Program-made: the position numbers and the translations under genes | Shown: piece after piece, positions 39,030 through 51,624 of the stretch | How the letters are laid out: each line of letters starts with the position of its first letter | How positions within the stretch are numbered: position 1 is the first letter of the stretch | NCBI RefSeq assembly: GCF_006345805.1 | Contig: NC_042999.1 | Coordinates: 121,582,001 to 121,646,000 of the forward strand | Direction of reading: 5' to 3' | DNA length: 64,000 nt | Source of the DNA: Octopus sinensis | Taxonomy: Eukaryota | The notes under the pieces: model-generated | The model's input: only the letters and a program-made list of their open reading frames with translations | Database searches by the model: none | Told to the model about the DNA's origin: nothing

Positions 39030-40700
39030 CATTTAACATCCATATTCTATGCTAGCATGGTGTGGCTGGTTCAACAGGATCCAACTAGCCTGAGAGCTGC
39101 TTAAGTTTTCAATGCTTGCTTTGGCAAGATTTCTAAAACTGGATGCCCTTTTTAACATCAACCATTTTACAGACTGCACTAAAATCTTTTTTCATAGCAG
39201 CAGTGTGAGTGAGGTCACCATGTAACTTGCAAGACACGACCCTTTGACTGAGTGAGGTACAGTATTGAAGGAGGTGGATTTGTACCAGGTACTGAGAGGC
39301 TAACTATGAAAGGGGGATAGGGATGGATGTCTTGATGTAGAAAACATACATGGTTACTCCTTTAAGAAATGGAGAAACGATGGTGGAAATGAGGTATCAG
39401 GAAATGTCCTCAAAGTACAAGATGGTGGATAAAAAGCAAAAAAAAAGCAAAGAAGTGAGGATGGCTGGCTGGGTAGGTAGGTTTGCAGGGGTGTGAAAGA
39501 AGTGTGACATATTGTAGAGATGAGATCAGAAGTGAAAGTAGTGAATGTTGAAAATGAATGGAAGCATGGGCATTAGCGAGTCTCAGCCTGGGGAATGTAA
39601 GGAAAATAGGAGTGGGTCATGGTGAAAGAGGTAACATGAGGTAATACATTAGAAAAGTGTAGGGTCAGGAGGACAAGCACAGTATAATGAACCCAAAGAT
39701 ATATGAAAAATAGGGAGATGAAGTGAAGTGATGGGGAGAGAAGATGCACAGTGACAAAGGTTAAACTTACATCAGGTGGTATGTAGTGAGTTACATCAGT
39801 GGCAGATATAAGAGAGTGTTCATGGGAAAGAGGTAAATATGGTAAAATGGGATAAAGTTGGGGTGCAGGAAAGGTATAGAAGGGAGCAGAGAGATTACTT
39901 GTAGCACACAAAGAGGAGAGGAGAGAATTTGTTCAGTGCTGCTTTCATATAATTATAGCAGCTGCAAAATAATACCATGATTAGAGGAGGTTACAGAGAT
40001 GAGTTGCTGGGAAGAGTTGACAGGTACAGATTAGATGAAGTGGCATAGACATTAACGATGTGCTTTTAGGATCTTATTTTTCACTGAGATAGGCAGATCT
40101 TCTCAAACATGATAAATTGCCAATCATCTCAGTCCTTTGCCAACTCCTCTATGATGCTCTGCAACCTGAAATTAATATCATGTCATCCTGTATTTCCCTT
40201 ATTCATAAGTTCCATTCACATTTAATGATTGGCACGTATTGATGCAGGTGTCTTCCTCCATATACATTACATGACCATACCGGTGCAGTCTTTTCTCTTT
40301 CACTCTATGTCTCCTATGGCCAATCTTCCTTTCATCATATTTGCAGTTTGTTGTACATGCACATTGAGGATGCACATCCAGCATGCTGGTTACATTTCTT
40401 TCTAGTCTTTCTCATGTTCTCTGCATTCTTGACCCATATTTCACTACCATGCTGCATTACTGCTTGTACACAAACATTATACAATCTGCTTTTCACTCTG
40501 AGATAGAGAACTTTTGTTATCAACAAAGGTAGTAACTCACTGAACTTTCTCCAGCCAGTTCATATTCTCATAACTTTACTTTCAGAACATCTTCCTTCAC
40601 TAATAATTAGGTCACCTTAGTAACAGAAACTATCTATAACCTCCAAGAATCCGTCTGGGTATTTGAGAAAATTCATTTACCATGTGTTCTTAGTGTTGAT
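39030..40700 (-). mobile_element. 5'-truncated RTE-clade LINE (RT C-terminus, 3' region, tail)
   Basis: Minus ORFs read KVLYLRVKSRLYNVCVQAVMQHGSEIW and RVKEKRLHRYGHVMYMEEDTC (RTE C-terminus). A purine-rich (on +) 3' region spans 39230-40060, with a terminal segment near 39030. Confidence 0.7.
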
Positions 40701-42032
40701 TGCTCCCATACATTTTCCACAAATTCTACTTTCTCTGTTAATCTTCCAGTTATTTCACAGCACTTTTTGTGTGTGTAACCAAATGATAGATTAAATTAAT
40801 TTGCTAAGTATGTGAAAGCATATTTAATTAGAAAAAAAAAGGAATTATTAGTTGACTCTACATTATGTTTACTTCAATAGATATGGGAAACAACTCCAGA
40901 TATGTTTTGCTCTTTCCTTGGAAGTACTAACCCTAACCCAAATTACTAAATACTTTTATATGTTAATGAGCATCTCCAACTTTCAGAAGCTTGGGAGAGA
41001 CAGGTAGCAAATAATGATGAGCCACAAAGATAGAAAAAGTATTGGTAAGATCTACATTTAAAACTGTCTGACAAATATTATTGTTCAATCACAGGATTTA
41101 ATTTCACAGGAAGACTAAATGCATGCATATATAACTTCATATACATAGATATTCATGAGTCACTCTGTATTGGTATGGTAGTAATATATGGTGGGTCATT
41201 AGTTTTGTACCTGTATATAAATGAATTGTGTCCAACACAATTTTGTTTGTATTTTAATGGGTTGTTTTCTTGTTATTAATGCTTGCAGTTTGGAAAGGAA
41301 GGTTAAGATAATCCTGATAAGCAGTAATGATGACAAAACTGGTTAGCTTAATCTTCATTTCAAGCTGACAAAAATGACTGATCTACTCAAGGGATCTAAT
41401 TTCATAGTATGATTAAATACTTCACAAATATTTAAACAAGAATGAACATTTGTTGCTGAACAGTGTGTGTTTGAAAAATTAAATTATTCAGAAAATAAAA
41501 TAATTTGTGTAAAAATATACAATCTACTAAAATATATTTTTTACACTTTCGGAGACAAATATAAATAAGTTTTAGAGTCTTTATTATCAGTATATCTGCT
41601 ATCGGATAATTGCAAGCAGAATATGCTTGTAGTATTAACAACAGTAGTTATGTAAGGGAAGTAGTAATGCTAGCAGTTGGTTAAACAGCATTTTTATTGT
41701 GCTCAGTTTCTGCTTTAATATTTCTATCTGTGCCGTTAATGTTTCATATACTGAACAGCAAGTCTGAATAAATTTAGTGTTCAAAGCTCATAAATTTAAT
41801 GGCAGAATGATCAGGATACTAAACATTCAGACAATTCGTAATGTTCTTGTTGCTTTCATTTAAGCAATTCGTGTTTAAACACACACACACGTATATATTT
41901 CTCCATGCCAGACATGTTTTCACAGAAGTTTGCAAGTGAAAGAACACTGCTTGTATGGCAGTGATGTCATTCACAACAACTAAGCAATATCAAAACAAAA
42001 AGACAAACACCTACACACATCGATACCCATCC

Positions 42033-42078
<46 letters not shown>

Positions 42079-42789
42079 TCATCATCATCGTTTAGCGTCC
42101 GCTTTCCATACTAGCATGGGTTGGATGGTTCAACTGGGGTCTGGGAAGCCAGAAGGCTGCACCAGGCCCAGTCTGAGCCTGATATATATATATATATAAT
42201 ATATATATATATGAGCAAAACGCCCCACCATCCAATGGACGGTGCTGAGTTGTCAAATATTTAAACCAAATTTTCTCAAAACAACTTGTCCGACCGTCCC
42301 ATAGGCCTCCCCTTTGAGAAACACTGGTTTAACCTAAATTTGAGACACCAGCAAAAGAAGAAACAAAGATAGACTTTTTTCTTATTCCAAGAAAAACGAT
42401 TTTACAAATGCATGTTCCCACGGCTTTATTGATTGCATTCTTACCTGGAATCGATTTGTGTAATTTTTTCAAGACTTATACATGCCCTGATACCGTCAGT
42501 ATTTACATATCAAATTTGAGTGCAACCAGATGGAGGATGCCCAAGATCCTAGAAGACACACAGACAGAGCCGATTTTATATAATAGATGTTTGACAAATT
42601 TCTTTCAATTTCTATCGACTAAATCTACATACAAGGCTGCTTCTGCTGAAGGTGCCACACTGAAGGACTGGGTGCAAAACTATCTGGCTGCAAAGTAAAC
42701 TTCCACATAGTTACACCTGGGCACACACATACACACAAGTATTTACTCACTAGCTCTGTGTTGGCCAAAGTCTTTTGAGTGAAAGAAGC

Positions 42790-43015
42790 TCATATATTCT
42801 TTTACTTGCTTCAGTCATTTGACTATGGCCATGCTGGAGCATTGCCTCAAAGGATTTTATTAGTTGAAGAAATCACCCTCAGGACTTATTCTTTGGAAGC
42901 CTATTACTTATTCTATCAGCCTCTTTTACCAAACTGCTTAGTTACCGGGATGTAAACATACCACTTTCAGTTGTCAAGTGATGGTGGGGGAATAAAGAGA
43001 GACACAAGGACACAC
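42790..43015 (-). mobile_element. SINE (third family)
   Basis: CAGTCATTTGACTATGGCCATGCTGGAGCATTGCC...GTTACCGGGATGTAAACATACC. Confidence 0.7.
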
Positions 43016-43022
43016 ACATAAA

Positions 43023-43071
<49 letters not shown>

Positions 43072-43074
<3 letters not shown>

Positions 43075-43432
43075 TGAGTGTATTTTACCTTGTTAACAAT
43101 TAACACGGATAAATGAATGAATAGTTACCAGGGCAGCAAAAATCTCACAAGTAAAGATGTTGTAACTCCTTGTTTATAAAGGTTGAAACTTCGTGTTTAC
43201 GTTGAATATTTGAATAATAGGAATAAAAAATGGAGTTAACGCAGGTTTAAACAAGTATTTTTTCTTTCTACATATGTTTCAAAAATTCCACTGATACTTA
43301 TTCAAAAGAATATAAGGTATAAACAATGCAATCTTCTCTTCGGGAAAGTGAAAAGACGAAACTTGTCAATACGACATTTTAGCAAAAAATGATGGATTCT
43401 TATAGCGATAGACAGAATGCTATTAATATTGT
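43072..43432 (-). mobile_element. Penelope-type terminal repeat fragment between (TA)n tracts
   Basis: Contains a hammerhead motif (43264-43348) and is flanked on both sides by (TA)n. Confidence 0.5.
43264..43348 (-). ncRNA. Type I hammerhead ribozyme motif with a U4C core change
   Basis: Minus strand: CUUUC C[C]GAAGA GAAGAUU..(42 nt)..AAUUUUU GAAAC AUAU GUA GAAAG. Stem I CUUUC/GAAAG; palindromic stem III ACAUAUGU. Confidence 0.5.
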
Positions 43433-43469
<37 letters not shown>

Positions 43470-44264
43470 CATATATATATATATATACATACATGATAGG
43501 CTTCTTTCAGCTACTGTCTACCAAGTTCACTCACATGGCTTTGGTCAGCCTGAGGCTATAGTGGAAGACACTTACCCAAGGTGCCATGCAGTGGGACTGA
43601 ATCCAGAATCATTTGGTTGGGAGGCTATGTGTATGTGTGTGTATGCATAAGTAAACATTACCAATGTTTTTTTTTTTTTTTTGATTTAGGAAACAGAGTT
43701 TTTATCTTATTGATCTCAATAGAAGAAAGAGAGAAAGAGAGTAATGCATCTCCTGCAACTCCCAAAGAGGTCAAGATTTGAATATGTGTTCTAAAACAAA
43801 CTAAATATCTTCTCAAATGACCCACTTTGCGAAAACAAATCTGATGAAATAAACAATCAAAATAACCTTTTCTATTGCACAAACTTAGAAATTATATATT
43901 CAAGTAGTGTTTGTTTTGAAATTTAATTACAAATTATATGGTGTTATTTGAAATACTGTTTAATGTTTCTTGAAAAATATTTTCACTGTATTTTTTCAGA
44001 TATCCTTTTAAAGTAATGAGTCATTTTAAAACTGCTAACCTTTTTATTTATTAATGTTATTTATTAGTTACTATGTTCACTTGTCCCCTGGGCAGCTATA
44101 AAATAATTATTTTTATACAGAAAATTATATATGGCTAAAGAAATTGGATTTCGACTTTCCTAATAGCATTGGTAGCAAGAAATGGTACTATTGGGAATGA
44201 ATGATTCTTTGTTTCTTTGAAAAAACCAATTCACTTATAAAAAATTGAAATAATATATTTACAT

Positions 44265-45760
44265 CCACATCATCATCATCATCATCACTTTTTTCATACT
44301 AGCATGGTTGGTCTATTTAGATCTGATGGTTCTATGGACTGCATCACTTTCTAGCACTGTTTGGCATTGTTTCTAAGGCTGGATGTCCTTGCTAATGCCA
44401 ACCACTTTACAGCATGCACTGGGTCATTTTGTCATGCCACTAGCATTAATAAGGTCACTATACAGCTATGAACCCCAAGAGTGCTGGTTTTATGAGAGAA
44501 GATGAAGGGTTAAAGTATGAGATTAGGAGGAATAGCTACTTAAATTTTTGAAGAGTTGGTGGGGGATAAGCCTTGTGGAGGAGGAAAGAGATTAAAAAAG
44601 GCAATGTGGAGATGTCTATATGAACTCTCAAGGTATGAGGTAAGTGAAGTGAATGGAGGCGAACTAGGAGTGAGGGTGGGTCGAGTTATGACTGAGTGAG
44701 AGCAGGAGAATGTATGAAGTGTTGAATATAGTGAAGAACAAGTGTTGAGTCAATAATTAGGGGATGAAGGGAAGAGTAGGTGATAACTGTAGAGATTGGG
44801 TGTGGTTTTAGGATGGATGTTGTGAATGGTGGACAAAGGGTGGGAATAACCAGTGATGATGGGTATCAGAAATGTAATGATGTTGGAAAGTTGAGAGAGA
44901 AAGAAAGAGGACAAATCTTTGGGTAGGTACAAGAGTATGTGAGAAGAAAGACATGTAGTGCATGGGGAGTGTAAGAGACATAAGATGGTTGAGAAGGTGA
45001 GATGATATGGTGTCTCTGGGGTGAGGAGCAATATAAAATGTGGGTGTAGGGGATAGTACTAATGATGAGGTGTTGATATCAAGTGAAATGGTTCATGGTA
45101 TGAAAGGAAAAAACACAATTAACAGCAAGGGAATTGTTCAATAGTCCCAGTGTGCATATCCTCCCTCATCATCATCATTTAGCATCTGTTTTCCATGCTG
45201 GGATGGGTCAAATGAGTCAACAGGGGCTGGTGAACCAGAAAACTGAGTCAAGCTTCAGTGTTTGCTTTGGTATGGTTTCTATGGCTGGCTGCCCTTCCAA
45301 ATGCCAACCAATTTACAGAGTGTACTTGGTACTTTTTATGTGGTACCATCACTAGTGAGGCCACCCAGTTAATCACAAGACATGGCTCCTCAACTGAGGT
45401 GGGGGATTCGTATTGGAGGAGTATGATGGGTTACAAGACCAAGTGTCTTTTTGGTGGAGAGATACATGGTTAATCCAGTTGAAAGAGGAGTGGGACAGGG
45501 TGAAGATGTGTCAGGGTATACTGTCACATTACATGAAGGTGAATGAAGAGGAATGTTATGGATGGGTTAATGGGAATGTGGGAGGTGAGTGGCAGGTAGA
45601 TAGTGGAAGATGCAGGAAATGATAAACAAGGGTGGTTGTAAGGTCAATCATGAATATCTTTTGGAGTGGAAAGTAGAGGAAGTATGAGTGGATCAAGGAG
45701 CTAATAGGTGGTAGCAAGATGCTGTAGAGTGATTAGGGGTGGTGTGTGAGAATGCACACT
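44265..45760 (-). mobile_element. Two RTE-type 3'-end remnants ((CAT)n tail plus purine-rich 3' region)
   Basis: (CAT)n starts at ~44268 and ~45166, each followed by the GGAT/GCCC...AATGCCAACC terminal segment and a purine-rich block like 39230-40060. Confidence 0.55.
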
Positions 45761-45777
45761 GCTCTCGCTTTCTCTCT

Positions 45778-45821
<44 letters not shown>

Positions 45822-45835
45822 TATATATAATAATA

Positions 45836-46160
45836 ATAAATATTAGGGAATAAATCCAAACTTACAGGGAAAAATCAGATTTAGGATTGAATCCAATTTT
45901 ATAGTAAAATATTATATTATATTAAATTAGAGACAAAACCACTATTAGGCAAATCATACAATGAAAAACTTAAGCCAATACATAAGATTATTTAATTTAT
46001 ATTTAAATATATAACAAAGTTATTAAAAAAATATAATTAATATATCACTACGATCGTTTCATGGCTGTTAATTTCTTTAAATTTTCGAGTTACAGTTATT
46101 CATCAGGTGGTTTAAATATTTATCTTGGCAAGGTTTAAACCTCGCCAAGATAAATATTTA
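45836..46160 (-). mobile_element. Penelope-type terminal fragment with hammerhead and terminal palindrome
   Basis: Follows a (TA)n tract; contains the hammerhead at 46046-46109 and a 48-bp palindrome at 46113-46160. Confidence 0.55.
46046..46109 (-). ncRNA. Minimal type I hammerhead ribozyme motif (core intact, stem II with two A.C mismatches)
   Basis: Minus strand: CAC CUGAUGA AUAACUG..(25 nt)..CAGCCAU GAAAC GAUC GUA GUG. Palindromic stem III ACGAUCGU; predicted GUA cleavage. Confidence 0.6.
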
Positions 46161-49147
46161 TCTGTGCTTTTATTTTACAAATATTTATAAGAAATACAGA
46201 GATAGTATTAAATGTTTATGCAGTTTTGTAATAAAGTGTATTGAGATATAAATGAACTGATAAAAGTCCAACATTTGGCCAGGAAAAATACCAAGTCTGA
46301 CTAATTGCAGCATATGCAGTTCTTTATAGTCTTTTTAAAGGCAATAACAACTCATTATGGCCTTCTAAATTTGATGTACTTTGTTTTATGAATGATGCTG
46401 CATTAAAATCATGGCTAAATATAAACTAATGGCTGGACAGCAAGTTTGCTGAAAGTTTGAAGCACCTTGCTATAGTAATTACAGCATCTACTTTTGTTGT
46501 TTTACATTCTGAGTTCATATCCTGCTGGGAATTAATTTATCTTTCATCCCTGTCAGTTAATAAAATAAGTATATTACACAATATAAACAAATTATATATT
46601 CTTATATTGAGACCTGTGACAGTAAAATGATTAATTTATAAATACTTTCATGATATTAAAGTAATATAAGTAATGTAAGTAATATTTACTTGCTGAAATA
46701 TAATGTATTAAGTGAAGGAAGTGTGATTTCAATTTAATCTGCTTTTATGATTTGCTGTTTTCAAAGGGTAGGTATTTAAGTATTTTGAAAGTAGCTAACC
46801 ATTAAAAGACATATATAATAAAAATTAGAAGGCTGATTTTAACATTTTGTGTTATTGTATCTCAAAAGAAGGTGGTGGGAGGCAAAATCTGAAGAGAACT
46901 ATATCTTGCATTATTTAGTTACATTCTTTCCTGTTGTGGGTTCAAATCTTGCCAGGATCAACTTTACCTTTACTAAATAAATACCAGTCACATTCTGGGT
47001 TGGTGAACTTGACATACCATTCCATCAATTTTTAAAATTATCATTATAATTTTTTTAAATTAATTGAAAAGAATGAATACATTAGTTAGTGTTAAGAAAA
47101 TTTGCTAATTTTTGCACAATAAAGTTATAAATTGATCATATTGGGAAGTACACATTATTGTTGCTTTTCAAAAAAAATTAACAGTAAGGTCCTTTTTCAT
47201 ATTGCATGAAAATTAAAACATTTTCCCTAAAAGTGTTACAATTTTATGAAAAGTTTAGAAATAATTTGCAAACTATTAAATGAAATATTTTGAATTATAG
47301 CAATTGATATCTACATAAAAATATGAGGTCTATCTAAACTATAATTGAATTTAAAAATAAAAAATTTGTTGCTTGACTTACAGTTTATTCAGACTTATTG
47401 CCTTAAAAAAGTATTGTTTTCACTGATACAGCATAGCCAATGTTTTCTCCAGTATTGGAAGGTGCCTTGGAATGCATTTTCAGGGGTAGTGCAAAGTTCT
47501 CATTTTAAATTTTCTTTCGTATTTTTTATCATCTAAGATTAGCATTCTGGGTAGATTTCAACTTTAAAACACAGAGTTGTGTATGAACTAAATCTGGAGG
47601 GTATAGCGGCTGAGAATGCATGTAAGTTCTTGCTTTGTATAAAAGTTATGGATAAGTGGTGAACATGAGCATCTGCATTGTTGTAGGAACAAGGGCAACA
47701 TTCGAGTTTTGTTTATCCATGACTTAGTCCTCTATCTTCACATTGCCTCTCTCAAACACCTCAAGATATCCAATTAAAATTCTTTTTTGATTGTTTTAAA
47801 AGTTCCTTTAGTTTTTAGAGAATTTTAGTACATTCATATAAATCTTATATGTTTATATTTAAATAAAATTTGTCAAGTTTTAAATTTTCACAATGAATGA
47901 ATAATCTTATGTTTCTTGCACTCATATTCTTACTTTGAAAATAAATTTATAATGTTTTTTCAGAATATAGTTACCTTTGGTCTTAAGTTTACTTTGAAAT
48001 AATTTTTTATAAAACATAAGTGAAGTTCTGCAACTCAAACACTTGTAGCTCTCTCAGACTTGGGAAATTGATGTGGTTACTGTTAAGATCAAAGCTTCTG
48101 TGGCGAACACATGTAATCAAATGTGAATGGTTAAATAATTTTAAGGAATTACAGCTCTAAGGTAGGGTGACTGCAAAAATATTATGATGAGTGAAATAAA
48201 GGAATAACGAATTAGGTGGGAGATGGTTGATGAAGCTTAAATAGAAAAATGATGCAGCTTATTTGTTCATAAGAGCAGCTGATGTTGTAAAATCAGGCTT
48301 AAGAAAAGCATATTTACTTAGCTTATAGTATGTTAGTAATTAAATCTTCTCAATTCGGGAATATATATGTGCAAATATATATTTTAGGAAATCTTTGACA
48401 AGTATATATTAAGTATCATATGATTTTGAAACAGACAGATTTAGAAAAACGTTTATGCTTGAATGCATTACAGTCATTAATTCTAGAGGGGTAAATAAAA
48501 TAATTTACAGCATAATAGAATCTAATTTGAGCTGTTATTTTTTTGGCTACATACAGAATAAAACAATACTCCATCTCATTGTGAATAAAATTGTTTTATG
48601 TCAGTGTGGAAAACTTCAGACATTTGGCAGTTATTGTTAAAAGAAATATTACTTCAAAAAATCCTAGCAACACATAAATTGGTGAAGCATAAAATAAGTG
48701 CTTTGGGGGATAGAGAATATTTTCTTCAAAAGAAATGCTGGAACTGGGTGCAGCACATTGATACTATTGGGGAAAAAAATGTGAATCTTTGGGTTAATAG
48801 ATCAGAAACTTATCAAGGAATTCAGCTGCAGTCTGCTGTTATTAATATATAAATAAAATGGCTGAGAAAATTTTGAAAACAATTTGGAAAAATTGTTTTC
48901 ATTCAACAGAATTTTTCCTTACAATAATTCATAACAAAAATTAATAAAAAAAATCAGCTGCACATAATGCTCATTCATCATATTAAGACACACACACAGA
49001 CACACACACACACACACACACACTCATACATATGTATGTAAGAGTCCAGAGCAAAGAATGTCCTACAATTCATAATGCCACACTGGTGTACATTTTTATT
49101 ATTGTGAAGTATAAGTGTATTGAATTCCAATAACTGATTTTTGGTGC

Positions 49148-49845
49148 TACTATGGCTAAGCATCATCATCATTCACTGTCCCTCTTCTATGTTGGCATGG
49201 GTAAGATGGTTTGATATAATCCTTTTTGATTTGAGGACTGCATTATAATCCAGTATCTGTTTTGGCATGTTTCTACAGCTGGGTGTTCTTCCTAATGCCA
49301 ACCACTTTGCAGCATTGACAAAATGTTTTTTTCAAGTACAAACTCTAGCGGGGATACCATGCAGCTTGTATGACTAAGATCCCCTTTGACTGGGTATGGC
49401 TACAGTAGAGACGAAACATCTTTATGCTAGGAGCTGCGACGTTAAAGTATGAAAGAAGGAGCCAGAACTGAATAAGTTTCTTGATGTAGAGAAGTTACAT
49501 CGCAACTCATATTACAACAGAAGTAGCGTGTGTGACCCGGATTGAGCTGGTAAGAGATGGTAGTCGAGGTATGAGAAGAATACAATTGAGTGGAGGCAGG
49601 AAGACAGAGTGCAGATAGGCAGAGGTTCTAAGAACCTGTCATTAGAGATAATGAATGAATGAAAGAGTGAATGTAATGATTAAAGTTAGAGAATGAGTGA
49701 AAGAGAAAATATAATGAAGAGTAGATGTGATGGAGTGGTAAGTAAGGAAGGTAGAGAAGAGATGGAAACAACAGTTGAAACTGAGCAGGGTTGAGAGGTG
49801 AATTTAGTAAGTGAATAAGAAATGACCAGTGATACTATGAGTTAG
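49148..49845 (-). mobile_element. RTE-type 3'-end remnant
   Basis: (CAT)n tail, GTTGGCATGGG...CCTAATGCCAACCACTTT terminal segment and a purine-rich block. Confidence 0.55.
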
Positions 49846-50074
49846 ATTGCAATGTTATTATCAGTCCAAATATGCTTGGAGCATGTTCGAACTGGGAAAC
49901 AAGCTACTCACTGTGTTTTGTCACAGAAAATATATCTCGTTTGTTGACAAATGGTGTGTATATACTTAGATCATTTCACAGTGCCATCTACCTAGACTGT
50001 GAGATCCTAGCATTTTGGAGTAGTTATCTCCTCATTGGTCACAGGTAGATTACACTATGAGCTGAATAAAGAGA

Positions 50075-50745
50075 TTAGTTAGTTAGTTAGTTAATTTGGC
50101 TCAAAAGCAAATAGCAAGGCCATGTAGGGGGACATGGAGTTAAGTACAGGGTGGTGTTCATGTAAAGAGTTCAGGCCACTTGAGGTCAAGGGAGACTTTG
50201 AACAAAGCGGTCGTCAGCATCTTCACCATCTCGTCTGGCAGCTTGTTCCACAGATCCGCAACCCGGATGGAGAAAGCTCCTCTCCTTCGATTGAGATGAA
50301 ATCGTCGCAGGTAGAGCTTTTCGGAATGACCCCGCAGCCGACGCTCTGGAGCAGGAGTGAAGAACAGCTCTTTCGAGAGGTTACACTTTCCGCTTATGAT
50401 GTTGTGAGCGAGAATGAGATCACCACGGCGGCGGCGTTTTTCTAGAGAATAAAGGTCGAGCGTCCTCAGCCTTTCTTCATAAGACAAATTTTTGAGACCA
50501 TGAACCATGCGGGTAGCCAGCTTCTGGACTCTTTTGAGATGCTGTATGTCTTTGAGGAGATAAGGAGAAGAGGCTTGAATCCCATACTCCAATATGGGTC
50601 TCACCAGCGTGACATAGAGTGGTAGGAATATGGCTGCTGTGAGCATTCCGAATGACCGTCGAATCAAGAACAGAATTCCGCGTGCTTTGTTGGCAGCATG
50701 GACGCACTGGTAGAACAGTGGCTTGCTGTAAGTAGATCATGGAGG
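50075..50745 (-). mobile_element. Young 5'-truncated CR1-type LINE with (TAAC)n tail
   Basis: The stop-free frame 50158-50667 reads LYVTLVRPILEYG...SPYLLKDIQHLKRVQKLATRMV.GLKNLSYEERLRTLDLYSLEKRRRRGDLI...RGHSEKL...FSIRVADLWNKLP, the CR1 ORF2 C-terminus. The tail is (TTAG)n on + at 50075-50094. Confidence 0.9.
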
Positions 50746-51448
50746 GGAAATGCTAAGCAGTGATAAGAAAAAAAGTGCAATGTTATTATCAGTTCAAATA
50801 TTCTTGATGCACATTCGAACTGGGGAAAAAGCTACTCACTGTGTTTTGTCGTGGAGAATATAATTTCAATTGTTGACAAATGGTGTGTATACACCTAGAT
50901 CAGCTTGCAGCACCATCTCCCAAGACTGTGAGATGCTAGCATTTCAGAGTAGCTATCCCCTCATCAGTTACAGACTATGAGTTAGGGTAGCACTGAGGAA
51001 AAGTAAGAAATGACTGATAGTGCAGAAAGAGTATGGGGGAAGGGTAGCAGAATAGTAACAATGGCTCAGTAGACGGGAGGAAGGTTGAGAGAGCAGTACA
51101 TGTGGTTGAAGGTGATCAATGTAAAATGTGGGTGGTGAGAAAAGTATTAAGCATAAACAATAGATAACAAATGAAATGGTTTCAAATAGTTAGAAGGATA
51201 AGTGGTATCAATAAAAAAAACTAGCATAACATGAAGTACTACTCAGATCTAATTACAGCAGAAGAATGCTGCAGTTACAGAAATGATGGGTGGTGGAAAT
51301 ATCTGAAGGCCAAAATAGTGGTGGTGGAGTTGTTGCACTTATATACACATTATGCTGCCAATGTATGTATGAGTGTATATATACATGTCTATATGTATGT
51401 GTATATATATTTTTTTATACATTCATATATATATATATATATATCATC

Positions 51449-51487
<39 letters not shown>

Positions 51488-51505
51488 CGTGTGTGTCTAT
51501 GTATG

Positions 51506-51586
<81 letters not shown>

Positions 51587-51624
51587 CATATGTATCTTTA
51601 TGTGTATCTATATAAATATGTATA

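Noticed and set aside
44750-45031. Pro/Ser/Leu/His-rich minus ORFs (also 39573-39911 and 3143-3358)
   Set aside because: They arise from the pyrimidine-rich 3' region of RTE-type LINEs repeated at several sites in the window.
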